A stretch of DNA of 64,000 nt from assembly GCA_951406725.2 (NCBI GenBank), contig OX597840.1, positions 18,228,001 through 18,292,000 of the forward strand. The letters run 5' to 3'. A model generated the notes under the pieces. The model ran no database searches. It was not told the DNA's origin and worked only from the letters and a program-made list of their open reading frames with translations. Below, piece after piece: positions 24,523 through 37,894 of this stretch (position 1 is the stretch's first letter; the number at the start of each line of letters is the position of its first letter). This DNA is from Octopus vulgaris. Its lineage: Eukaryota. Both the position numbers and the translations under genes were made by a program.

Positions 24523-26601
24523 GTGAATCCAAACAAAGAACAAACAAGAAAAAACAATAACGCGAGAACGTGGTACAAGTGTTGTATTATCAAAAGTTCA
24601 GGAAAGGAAGGAAAGAGGATTTAACGTTTCGAGCCAAGCTCTTCTTCGGAAACAGAGGAAAGTCCAAAGGAAGGGAAGACGGAGCGAGAAAATCGCCAAC
24701 GATACACACACGGTCACTTATTGAAATGAGTGGAAGGGAATGGGTGGAGAAAAAGTTCTTTCAAGAGTGCAAGAGGAGATATGTGTGTGTGGGGCGGTGT
24801 ATGTGCGTTCGCACAGCTCTGTGTGTGTGTGTGTGTGTGTAGTAATAGCACGTGTATGTGCGCGCGTGTGGGTATGTATGTGTGTGTACATGTGTGTATG
24901 TGTGTGTATGCGTGGGGTTGTATGTGGAGTTGTGTCTGTGGAGCAAATGTACGTTACTCTGTGTGTGTGTGCGTGTGTGTATGTGGGTGTGGGGGGGGGG
25001 TTGTGAGTGTCAGGTATGTGCGCATTCATGTGCATGTGTGCGTGTGTGTGTGTGCGCGCATGTGTGCGTACTTGTGTATGTATGTGATATATATATATAT
25101 ATATTAAGAAGACGGTGAGCTGGCAGAAACGTTAACACGCCGGTCCAAATGCCTAGCGGTATTTCATCTGCCGTTACGTTGTGTGTTCAAATTCCGTCGA
25201 GGTCGACTTTGCCTTTCATCCTTTCGGGGTCGATAAATTAAGTACCAGTTACGCACTGGGGTCGATGTAATCGACTTAATACCTATGTCTGTCCTTGTTT
25301 GTCCCCTCTGTGTTTAGCCCCTTGTGGGTAATAAAGAAATAGATATATATATATATTAAGTAGGTTCAGCCGCTGCCAATGTCTGTTCGTCATGTTGTTT
25401 GCCGCTCGTCTCTGCTATATCGCAAAGCTCGCTGCATCTCGGTTGCGTGTGTGTGTGTGTGTCATTTTATACTGATTGAGAGACTCAGAAAGGATTGCGC
25501 GGAAAGATGATATTGACGCTGGAGCCTATTCTGCATGGAGTCGTGACTGGCTGGCTTTTGTTGATCACGTGGATAATGTTTCTTTCCAGGTGAAGTCGCG
25601 ATTGGTCAGATTCGCTGATTATGTGGGCAACATTCCAGCGAATCGCGGCATTCGAGTGATTGTTCTAAATATTCTCACTACACAGTTTAGTCGGGAGTGA
25701 GGGATTAAAAGTGTCTGTGAATTAGATTCAATCAAATAAAGCAGTATAGAAGAAAACCTTTTTTAAATACTCGGTAGCGGTGGTGATGGTGGTGGTAGTG
25801 GCGGTGGGGATATAATTACATTTATTAAGAAAATATAATTAGTTAATTATAATTATTTTATTATAAATATATGTAACTAATAAATATAATTGCAAATTAG
25901 CCTTTTAATGACTTTATCTTACATAAAGAACATTATAATAAACAAAATACGTGGGGTAAATTTTTGGTTTGACTGCTCCTCCGAAGTCCCATACCCCACG
26001 GGGAACGAGAAAGGTACGGAAGGGGTGGAGGAGTATTTTTTAAATTAGAATTTTTTAGGGAAAATAATAATTATTTCCGTTGCAATGAAAAGCAGGAAAT
26101 GGAATACTGAAAAAAAAAAAAAAAGTGAGTGAATGAAGGTGACCGAAACCCTACTCTTTTTCTTTTGTCATGCGGTTTTGGGACTTCGAACGAAAGCTAT
26201 TCTCCCAAACCGCCATTCTTTGTAATTAACAACAAAGGTGTTGTTCATTTTCTTAATTTAAAATCCTGATGTCTATCAGATGATGAGAGTTAAGGGCTTC
26301 AAGTACTTGTAGGTTCCCCTGTGCCTACTTTAGGGGTTTAAACAGAATGGGAAGGTCAGTTTTAGGGTCACATAAATACGTGTTCGTTCCGAAGTCGTTT
26401 TTAAGGGCCCGTTCGCTTTATCGCTTTCGTATCGACCCCATGGTGAACTGGGATACGTGGTATAACATAGCGTGTGTGTGTGAGTGAAAATAATACATGG
26501 TTTTCAACGGTGGTGATCATAATGATGGTAATGGGTGGTGAAGGTGGAGACGGTGGTGATGATTATGCTGACGGTGAGGATGACGACGATGATGATTGAG
26601 A

Positions 26602-26635
<34 letters not shown>

Positions 26636-26749
26636 GGTAATAGTGGTGATGATTTTGATGATGATGATGATGATGATGACGATACTGTTGACGATGACAT
26701 CAGTGGTGATGGTGATGATGATGATGGCAATGGTGGCTGGTAGTGGTGG

Positions 26750-27090
26750 TGACGATAATGATGTTGACGATAGGTACTCTTGACATTCTCAATGCTTGAC
26801 ATGACACGACCATTCTTGAAATACTTTAGCATCACTTTTATTGAGATCTCACTGATGTTTCGAACGTGACATCGTTTGTGTATGTGGATGGGGTAGACAT
26901 TAAGAGGGGGTGGTGATGGGGGAGAGAGACACACATACTCAGACAAAGGATGGTCTGAGTATCCCTGTGCTCGGCTTAACAACTTGTGATGTTGTTTTGC
27001 TGTAGTGGTTAGCACAGCTACGCTATACAGTTTACAGTAGACAAGGCGTTCGAATCTCGCATGCGATGCTATATTTCCAGCACACACACA

Positions 27091-27165
<75 letters not shown>

Positions 27166-27625
27166 AATCTGACACCGCCAGCGGGATTCGTACGTCATCT
27201 TAGCTACTTAGTATAAGCCTTCAAATTTGGACGGTTAAATTTGTGATGTCACTTTGGTGTACTACTCAGTACTACTAAGCTACACGGTTTACAGCAGACG
27301 AGACATATGCGAGATTCGAACGCCTTGTCTACTGTAAACTGTATAGCGTAGCTGTGCTAACCACTATAGCAAAACAACATCACAAGTTTAAGTTATTAAG
27401 CCGAGCACAGGGATACTCAGACCATCCTTTGTCTGAGTATGTGTGTCTCTCTCCCCCATCACCACCCCCTCTTAATGTCTACCCCATCCACATACACAAA
27501 CGATGTCACGTTCGAAACATCAGTGAGATCTCAATAAGAGTGATGCTAAAGTATTTCAAGAATGGTCGTGTCATGTCAAGCGTTCAGAATGTCAAGAGTA
27601 CCTATCGTCAACATCATTATCGTCA
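26750..27625. repeat. Large inverted repeat, arms of about 315 bp
   Basis: 26750-27062 vs 27307-27625, near-identical reverse complements. The same peptide appears in ORFs 26563-27198 (-) and 27354-27635 (+). Confidence 0.95.
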
Positions 27626-27952
27626 ACATAAATAATCGTCAACATAATTAATCGTCAACGGGGATTTCAGTCCACCTGTGGGGGGGGGGGGTAACCGAAC
27701 GATTGAGAAGCTCGCTTCGCAACAACAAGGTCCTCAGTTCGATCTCACTGTGCTGCATCTTGGACAAATGCCATCTTATAGTCACGAGTCGATTCCTATC
27801 TTGTAAAACGGGGCGAAAGGAAACTGTATGGAAGCTTGTCGGTTAGATTGCGTCACACTGGTTCTGCATAAGAATTGCATTAAAGGGTATATGGTATGCT
27901 TTTGGAACCCTCAATTATGTACAGTCAGAATTAATGTGCTCGTTTATATTCG

Positions 27953-28194
27953 GACATAGAAAGACAATACGCTGCAGATGTTGTCTCGAGAGAAGAAATT
28001 CTCCTTATAGTCAATATAGAGGTGAACACCTAACAAGGCCATCACGATGAAGCTTAACGGCGCAGAAACGCATGATTCCTACGATCCGCTGAAGTCATTT
28101 ACGGCTTTGTGATGTATTTACACCCATATTTCCTATTGTCTATAAGACTTTCTTCTCTTGAGACCACTTGCGCAGCGTATTGTCTTTTCATGTC
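27953..28194. mobile_element. Old MITE-like hairpin
   Basis: Imperfect arms of about 60 bp: GACATAGAAAGACAATACGCTGC... / ...GCAGCGTATTGTCTTTTCATGTC. Confidence 0.6.
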
Positions 28195-29208
28195 GAAATG
28201 TACATGAATATGTTAAATATGACTGTGTACAACTATATTTCGTTCAATGATGCTTTGTAAACCTTTTATATTTCTATATATTTGTATATATAAAGTGCTA
28301 AACCGTAAAAACAACAACAAAAGCATTAGAGACAACTTCTCAAGGAGTTCCCGCATTCTTAGCATTCTAAGAAGTAAATTCTTTAGCAAAGGAAGGGTTT
28401 CCTGATTGGGTCCGGTACCAACTTCATTTCGGAGCAGCGACCAGCATTTGACCAAGTAGACAACACAGTACTTAGTTACTACAGTAGGAACCTTTCCGTG
28501 GTAGAAATAACAGTAAAATATCTCGTACATTATGCCCCTGTCGTCTTGCGAAAGAAAAGGTCACAGTGGTGAATGATGTCGGTTTCCTGTGTCCGAGAAG
28601 AGAATGAGTATAGTCATGGTTGGGCTGCCGATGATTATAGGTCTGTTCAACGTGGGATGACTCGGGGTTAAATAACAAGACCGTATGTTTGTGTGCGTGT
28701 GTGTGTGTTTGTGTGTGTGGTTTAGATTTTAGCTGTTCTTTCTAGCGTAAAGGATTCCTATGATAGAAACCTCTTATGTGTTTAAATGTACACTGTAATT
28801 TGTATGAATAATATAGTCTATTGACTAATTTTTCTATTCGCTAGGCCACTGGTAGTAGAAATTTCTAAAATCTTTATTACCCTGATATATATATAAGCAT
28901 AACAAGTTATACATGTATGTATATTCTTGTAATTGTCATTTTAGTAAATAAATAAGTTAACATAATGTAATGTCTAAAAGTTGATGAACCACCTATTGAT
29001 CCCCTTCATTTTCTTATTGCTACATATATATATATATAGTTAATCCAAACATGAACAAAGAGAAAACACAACAACGCGAGGACGTGGAACAAGTATAGTG
29101 TTATTGGAAAGGAAAGAAAGACTTAACATTTCGAGCGGAGCTCTTCGTCAAAAACATAGAAAAGGAAAGGTCCAAGGAAGGGAAGGCAGAGAAAGAAAAT
29201 CGCCAACG

Positions 29209-29280
<72 letters not shown>

Positions 29281-29284
<4 letters not shown>

Positions 29285-31035
29285 TTTTATTTTTTTACTT
29301 GTTTCAGTCATCTGACTGCGGCCATGCTGGAGTACCGCCTTAAAGAGTTTTTTAGTTGACAAAATCGATCCCAGGGCTTATGTTTTGTAAACCTAGTGCT
29401 TATTCTATCGGTCTCATTTGGTAAAGCGCCAAGTTACGGGGACGTAAACACACCAGCATCGGTTGTCAAGCACAGACACACAAACATATGCACAAATACA
29501 TACAAATAGATATATACATATATACGACAGGTTTCTTTCAGTTTCCGTCTACCAAATCCACTCAAGGCTCCGGTCAGCCCGAGGCTTATAGCAGAAGACA
29601 CTTGCCCAAGTTTCCACGCAGTGTGACTGAACCCGGAACCATGTGGTTCGTAAGCAAGCTACTTACCACACAGCCACTCCTAAGCCTATACTATGTATAA
29701 ATATGTATGTATATATATTTGTTTGTGTGTGCCATCTATAATCAAGTCATTTATTTTTTTTTTTTAAATGTTCTTGGCCAATGTCATCAACTCAAGAGAG
29801 GCGTGACCAGATAACGAACAGAAAAGGAAAAAAAGAACAGCAACCAAACATTGATATGTCGTTAATCAACAGGATACATCACTCATTCTCCCCGCTCCCC
29901 ATCCTCTACACACCTCTACATTCCACTACAGAACGCAATCCATTGTGAGTTTTTCTATTGAAATCTATTGTGGACCAATCTGTTTATCGGCTTCAAAAGA
30001 GATAAACTGTCTCTCCCCGTTACGCCCGCCGTCATTGCGAAACTGTATTGATAGATGACCTAAAGCGGGCGCCACTATACAGTCGATTGCCTTGTTAGAA
30101 ACGGTAGCTAAATCTCCCTCATATTACTTATATACATCGTCGTCGTCATCATCATGTTAAATAAAGACTCGTTTATTGGGTAACGATGTTACAGTTTGAT
30201 GTATTTACTCTTACTCTTTTACTGGTTTCAGTCATTTGACTGTGCCCATGCTGGAGCACCACCTTTTTAATCGAGCAAATCGACCCCATGACTTATTCTT
30301 TGTAAGCCTAGTACTTATTCTATCAGTCTCTTTTGCCGAACCGCTAAGTTAAGGGGACGTAAACACACCAGCATCGGTTGTCAAGCAATGCTAGGGGAAC
30401 AAACACAGACACACAAACATATACACATACACATACATATATATATATACATATATACGACAGGCTTCTTTAAGTTTCCATCTACCAAATCCACTCACAA
30501 GGCTTTGGTAGGTCCGAGGCTATAGTAGAAGACACTTGCCCAAGATGCCACGCAGTGGGACTGAACCCGGAACCATGTGGTTCGTAAGCAAGTTACTTAC
30601 CACACAGCCACTCCTAAGCCTATTTGTATACAAAAAAAAAACAATGAGTTTGTTTATTGTATGTTATTTGTTTCAGTTATTGAACTGCGGCCATGCTGCA
30701 GCTCCGCCTTGGAGCATTCTAGTCGAACATATCGACCCCCGTACTTATATTTTTTTAAAGCCTAGTACTTATTCTATCGATCTTTTTTTCCGAACCGCTA
30801 AGTTACGGGAACGTAAAAACACACCGACACCAGTTGTAAAACGGTGGTGAGGGACAAGCACAGATACAGTGACATAAACACACACACACACACGCACACG
30901 CACACACACACACACACACACACGATGGTCGCATCGTGGCTGTAGTCGAAGACACCTACCCCAGATACCACGCAGTGGGACTGAACGCAGAACGGTGTGG
31001 TTGGGAAGCAAACTTCTTACCACACAGCCACGCCT
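29281..31035 (-). mobile_element. Three family 1 SINE copies (about 29281-29686, 30206-30619, 30660-31035)
   Basis: Reverse-complement matches to 6107-6499. Confidence 0.85.
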
Positions 31036-31884
31036 GGTTATCAAACTGATTCAGACTGGGCTTGGTTTAAACAACAACAGCAATAAGATCAAGAACTGCT
31101 ACGTCAATAACAACAGCAGCAGCAACAACAACAACGACGACGAGGGTTCCAGTTTATCCGATTAACGGAACAGCCTGCTCGTGAAATGAACGTGCAAGTG
31201 GTTGGGCACTCCATAGACACGTATATACTTTTAACGTAGTTCTTGGGGAGATTCAGTGTAACACAGAGTGTGACAAGGCTGGCCCTTTGAAATACCGGTA
31301 TAGCAGAAAAAGGAAGAAAGAGTGAGAGAAAGTTGTGGTGAAAGGGTACAGCAGGGTTCGCCACCCCGCCTCTGCCGGAGCCTCGTATATATCTACTCAA
31401 TAACCACTCACAACGCCCGGTCTGGGAATCGAAACTACGATCCTACGACCGCGAGTCCGCTACCCTAACCACTGGGCCATTGCGCCTCCACACTACAACA
31501 GTAATTAGGACAGTAATAATAATGGTTTCAAATTTTTGCACAAGGCCAGCAAATTTGGGGGAGGGTTACTTCAATTACATCGACCCATGTGTTCGTTTTG
31601 GGAATCGTTTCTATTTGGTTGCAATTTTTTGAAATTTTTAAATTAAGTGAAAATTTTCAAATTTGGTGTATCGATGTAATTTTTCATGCTGAATCTCAGG
31701 AGATAATTCACTTGTTCCAGAATTTTTTTTTTTAAGTTTTAAAGTTTATTTTGAGGTTTAAAGTTTGATCACTTTTACTTTAAAGAAGCAACAATTAGCT
31801 AAAACTTGAGTGATACACACACAACATCACTACCAAAATTTCATCATCTGTTCCTTGTGTCATTACCAACTTTTCCTGCAAGTT

Positions 31885-32020
31885 TCATCAAATACCATTC
31901 ACAATGTTGATGGAATATTTTCCACATCATACAGATTATATAGAGCTCACAGCGGCGGTGGAGGGAGCAAAGCCTGAGCTTTTTGAGTCGATCCCAATAG
32001 TCAAAGCTTATGTCATCCTC
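31885..32020 (-). mobile_element. CR1-group LINE ORF2 3' fragment
   Basis: FDYWDRLKKLRLCSLHRRCELYIICMMWKI resembles the Y.ERL..L.L.SL.RRR motif. Confidence 0.7.
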
Positions 32021-33075
32021 CGCAGACCTCCGCCAAGCCATTCATTTTAAGATAGATACGCGAGTAAAATTACTAACAGTGGTGGTGGTGGTATTAATAG
32101 TTTTGTTGTGATGGTGGTGTTGTCGTTTAGTCTCAGGCCGTTTCTTGATCGAGTAGACCAATGACAATAAAAGGCATTCTGTCCGGCTGTGGCAATCCTT
32201 TTTTAGACCAGAGGATATAGATAAATAATCTTGTGAGTAGATTTGGTAGACGGAAACTGAGCATAAATATAGTAAATTGTTCAAAAAGCATACTGTCAAG
32301 ATTAGTTATAGTTGCATCCCTGACATGAAACAAATATCATCACATAAACCTAAACGAATTACTGTAGCTGGATATTTATGCAGAAACCTACGACCAACAT
32401 GCTGAAAACATACACACACAGCTTTTGTAGTATTCTATTTTCCGATGCATGAAGCATTGTAGTTGTGAAAACTTCTCTTGTAAGATCCTTTGGACAATCC
32501 GTTGTATCGTTTTAAGCTGGTGTTCTGGCTTGCGTCCGTAGATCTGGATTGTGCCTCATAAATGAAAGTTCGCAAGAAACGGCACAGCATATATCAGCTG
32601 AACGGTCACTTGCCCATACATAAATGCTACCAAATGCATGCGTTGCATTGAAGAAAAAAACGGCATCATTCAAAAGTAATTGCAAAAGCCGGGATTGTAT
32701 CTTAATGCTAAGACGGAAATCTTCAACCTCTGCGTGCACGACAGAAAATTCATATTTGTACACAGGATATCTTATAAACCTGCTTTGAACCAGGAGAGAG
32801 GTTTCAGCTTTCCACTTGAAACTTTTGCCCTCAAAATATATTTCAAAATTTTTAGAGTTATTCCGGAATTCTTTAAAAATTCTTATCATGTGAACGCGTG
32901 TGTGTGTGAGTGTGTATGTGTGTGTGTGTGTGTTTGTGTATGCAATTTGAAAAGCCTTAATCATGAGACTTCGAAGTTACTATCATCTTTAAAAAAAATA
33001 ATCTCTCTTTCTCTCTCTCTCTCTCACTCTATCTCACTCTCTCTTTCACACACACACAATCTCTATCTCTCTTTT

Positions 33076-33129
<54 letters not shown>

Positions 33130-33236
33130 TAGAGATTTTATATAGGAAAGAAAATATCAATATTACTGTGTATGCCTGCTTATTCCAGATTTTATATATA
33201 TATATATATATATATGCATATGTATATTTGTATGCT

Positions 33237-33288
<52 letters not shown>

Positions 33289-33623
33289 TATGTATGTTTG
33301 TATGCATGTATGCATGTATGTATGTATATACAAATATATAATATCTGCGTGTGTGCGTGTGCTTCTGCCTTTATGCTTCAAATCATTCTTATTTTGGGTG
33401 CTTACTCATCAACCTCAATTATCTACGGCTTTAATTAGTTTTTCCCCACTCCAATTCTCTATCTCAGTTACCCACCCCTTGCCCTCCCCTCTCTCTCCTT
33501 TCTCATTAGTTTTCACTCTCTCTCTCTCCTCCTTCTCCCCTATCTCTCTCATTCTCTTTCGTTGCAACTCGCTTCCTATATTTTTCAGTTCGCCTTCTTT
33601 GTTATAATTTGTATGCATTGACC

Positions 33624-33675
<52 letters not shown>

Positions 33676-33877
33676 TGTATGTATGTATGTATGTATGTAT
33701 GTAGATCGTTAGCCACTACACAAATTTTTTTTCTCCTTGTTTTTTCTGTGTCCCTTTCTGTAGAAGAGCGTTGGCTCGAAACGTAAAAGACTTTTTCTAT
33801 TCCTGAGCGTTATACTAATACATCTGTTTGTTTTGTACACCACCTGGCTTTGTCTTTTGTTGTTTTTCGTAAACTCT

Positions 33878-33972
<95 letters not shown>

Positions 33973-33973
33973 G

Positions 33974-34004
<31 letters not shown>

Positions 34005-34483
34005 GGTTCATCTATCCATTTGTATGTGTTAATTGACTTGTAAAATATATACATGTACACACACGCGCGTGCGCACGCACACACACATACATACATACAT
34101 ACATACATACATACATACATACATACATGCATACATGCATATATACATATTCACATATGTGCGCATGTGTGTGTGTGTGCGTGTGTGCGTGTGTGTGTGT
34201 GTGTGTGTGTTTGTGTGCATGGCGTAGTAGTCGGGGTGTTGCACTCACGATTGCGAGATCGCGGTTTCGATTCCCAGACCGGGGCCTTACGTTGTTTTTG
34301 TTCATGAGCAAAACACTTCCTTTCACGTTGCTCAGCGATCATTCTGTCCTCTGCCATGTGACACGCGTTACACCTGTACAGGTAACGTCAATTTGATGGA
34401 GAGAGCGAGCTTATAGGTACACAAACATTTGATCCCTATAAACAAATCATGTGTAGTTATTCAGCAAGAAGTTGCCGGGTAAC

Positions 34484-34810
34484 GTTTTGGTTATCTTACC
34501 CTCATTAAAAAATTGGGTTATCTCCTCCAACTAAAAAAAATTGTTTAACCAATAAAACAAGCAAACAACAAAACTGAAACATTTAATAAACATGAAAAGC
34601 AAAAAGATGAAACATCTTGTTGAATCTGATAACATTTTCATAACAAATCATATCATTCCTATTAAGGAGGCAAAAGGTTAACAATGTGTTGAAGTATCGG
34701 ATCAAAAGGACCTAACTCCTTTAATCCAATCTCTTGTCGCCACATAAACTAAATCTTTTAGTAGGGAGATAACCCAATGTTTTCCAATAGGGGTGAGATA
34801 ACCAAAAAAA
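34484..34810. mobile_element. MITE with TIRs of about 55 bp (partial relative at 56730-56920)
   Basis: TTTTGGTTATCT..ATTGGGTTATCTCC..ACTAAAA and its reverse complement at 34756-34810. Confidence 0.65.
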
Positions 34811-34859
34811 AAGTACAAATTGCCGAACCTTCATACGTTGTCTAACGACGGGAACGTCC

Positions 34860-34911
<52 letters not shown>

Positions 34912-35303
34912 TTGCTCCACTTTTCACTTCACTGTGTCCCTGTCATTTTTTCTCGCCCCTCCTTAATTCTTCTGTCCCTCTGTCTCTACTTCTCTCTTAT
35001 CTTCCCATGTGACCGGCGTTCAGCCAAGCCTGATCTTTCTTTCTTGGTCTGGCCGTCGTCCGTGCAACATAGATATTCTTCCCTGTGCCTGTGAAATCTT
35101 GTATCTCTGCCGTAAGGCTTCATTTCCACACACGCCAGCTTAATTTAATTCGTTCTTAGTCGAAAGACACCTGTTGTTATGTCCTGTTATTATGTTTATT
35201 GCATTTATGTAACATTGCCTGTTTTTTTTTCGTCCTTGTTTTTGTATACATCCGCTGCTTTCTTCCAAGGAATCTAATGCTCTTAGCTTAGTTTTTTTCT
35301 TGG

Positions 35304-35376
35304 GGCTGGCCAGATTGGAGTAATCTCGAGTATAATCAGTCGAAATTGCGAGGATTATCTGGTACTCGACTGAGGA
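35304..35376 (+). ncRNA. Candidate permuted (pseudoknotted) hammerhead, family C copy 2
   Basis: ggctg-g-ccagatt-gga-gtaa-TC-tcgagta-taat-cagtc-GAAA-ttgc-gaggatt-atctgg-tactcga-CTGAGGA. Confidence 0.62.
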
Positions 35377-35709
35377 AAGAAAACTTCGAATGACCCGTCC
35401 TTGTTTTCTTTGTAACTGGATGTTTTGTTGTCCCATTTTTGTATCACCTAACTGCCCGGATGTTTTGCGTTCTTGTCCTATTTTGTATTTTATACATATG
35501 TGTGTGTGTGTGCATTATTTACTCCAAAACGATTACCAGTTTGCTCTCGGTTAGGCATTCAAAATATGTTATTCAACAGTTAATATATAAATCCAATGAA
35601 GTTCCTGTATGATACCAAATTAGATGAATATTCCGTTGGATAATTATGAATATATTTCCTTAACCAAATAAGTTTCCTGGAGTTCAAATATCGGTATAAG
35701 GATTTGCTA

Positions 35710-35775
<66 letters not shown>

Positions 35776-35959
35776 GGGCAGGTTTACGAAAATAAACAAA
35801 AGACGAAGACAGGTGGAGTACAAACAAGCAATTGTATTAGTATGGCGCTCAGGAATAGAAATAGAACAAGTCTTTTACGTTTCGAGCCTACGCTCTTTGA
35901 CAGAAAGATACACAGAAAAGAAACAAGGAGAGAAAAAAATGCGTGTAGGAGCTAACGGT

Positions 35960-36003
<44 letters not shown>

Positions 36004-36007
<4 letters not shown>

Positions 36008-36203
36008 ATGGAAATGGTAAGACAACAAAAGAATGAAAGAGACCTTGATATTATGTAAATAGAGGAATTTATCTGTAATATGTGACAAAATATTTCGGTT
36101 GCCATGATAAAACTCCGAGTTTCGGATGTTAGTGTGGATTTCCACCTTGACATCCGAAACTCGGAGTTTTATCATGGCTACCGAATAATTGTCACATATT
36201 ACA
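36004..36203. mobile_element. Fold-back element, family G (3' half of a hammerhead in each arm)
   Basis: Hairpin 36073-36203 with CATCC-GAAA-CTCGGAG-TT-TTATC. Homologous to 57161-57320. Confidence 0.7.
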
Positions 36204-37100
36204 AATATATATATATGTGCGTGTGTGTATACACTCACACACACAGATATCTCGCTGGATTTGGTTTCGTCCCATTACGTATACAAACTGTGTAAATACA
36301 AACACATTCAGGCACGCCCTTAATTACACCTTGTGGTACGTATTTGGTTATGACTTCTCCTATAAGAAATACCTATTTCTTTATTACCCACAAGGGGCTA
36401 AACATAGAGGGGACAAACAAGGACAGACATAGGTATTAAGTCGATTACATCGACCCCAGTGAGTAACTGGTACTTAATTTATCGACCTCGAAAGGATGAA
36501 AGGCAAAGTCGACCTCGGCGGAATTTGAACTCACAACGTAGCGGCAGACGAAATACCGCTCAGCATTTCGCCCGGCGTGCTACCGATTCTGCCAGTTCGC
36601 CGCCTTTTCCTATAAGAAATACCGTTTACCTTTCATTTATCTGGGGCCGATATAAAATATACATAAGTACCAGTCTAGAAGTAGATAGTTCGAGATAATC
36701 AGGCATAACACATCGTAGTATTTTAATACATCATAGTGCTGCTCAATCATGGCGACTACTTCACAGCTAAATGTAGTGAAATAATACAAGAATTACGGAA
36801 TAGTTTGAATAAAAGAACGGAAAGTTAATAATAAGCAAAGTGTTGGCTCACAGGGGAATTTATGATGGGTTTCTGTTCAGAGAAACGGGGGAGATTTTAT
36901 TTGCTGTCAGCAGTAAAGAATTTGGGGGTGGAGTCATTAGTCTTGTGTTTGCTTTGAGAATAATTCTATTTTGGTATTAAGGTTAGTGTTAGTATAATTA
37001 ACGAATGGAAGTATTTTAACTGGGCTAACTAGGAATAATTATGTAATGAGACAGGCAGACAGACAGACAGATAGATAGATAGATAGATAGATAGACAGAC

Positions 37101-37133
<33 letters not shown>

Positions 37134-37176
37134 TGTTGGTTAGTGTGTAGATAGAGAGACAGACAGACAGACAGAC

Positions 37177-37210
<34 letters not shown>

Positions 37211-37219
37211 GTAGGTAGG

Positions 37220-37283
<64 letters not shown>

Positions 37284-37894
37284 AGGGCAAATAGGTAGAT
37301 AGATAAAAAGCTAGATAGGTAGGTAGGTAGATAGATAGATGGTGTATAGGTTATAGACACAGATGGATATGTAGAATATAGATCGGTAGATAAGAAGGTA
37401 GATTGATAGGAGGGTGTATAGACAGAAAGAAAGATAGATATGTAGGATATGAGTATAAATAGGTCGGTAAATGGCTAGATAAACTGGCCTGATAAATAGA
37501 CTGACAGACAAATTTGTTTTAGCGTCTTTGATACAGAAAATTTAATAGCTAACAGAAAATAATTGTGGTGAAACAGATTGATGGATGGATAGATAAATAT
37601 AAAGATATTAACGTATTAATACATGAAACATGTAAAAGCTATCAAGAAATAATTCTGCGCTGACGAAAAACAAAATGGCGTTAGTCCAATGGCTAATAAT
37701 ATTTCAGTTATTACGGATAGTAGGAAAGGCAATTCCAGAAACATTTCCGTCTTATTATGGGCTCGTTAGCAAACTATAGATTTTATCTATGCGTTCATTA
37801 CTCTTCACTCTGGATAACCTTTGCCAGTTCTGGAATGCGACCTACAAGCAATGCTCAAGAACTGGCTTTTTCGTGCGCCCCAGGATTAATGGCT

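Noticed and set aside
25476-25700. 74-aa non-repetitive ORF in GC-richer sequence
   Set aside because: No ATG start, recognisable domain or consistent splice pair. It may be regulatory DNA but I cannot support that.
35302-35396. HDV-like ribozyme reading of family C (GGGGC start, CGAAUG near the end)
   Set aside because: The helix order does not fit P1-P2-P3-P1.1-P4, and the putative P2 pairing holds only in the 63 kb copy.
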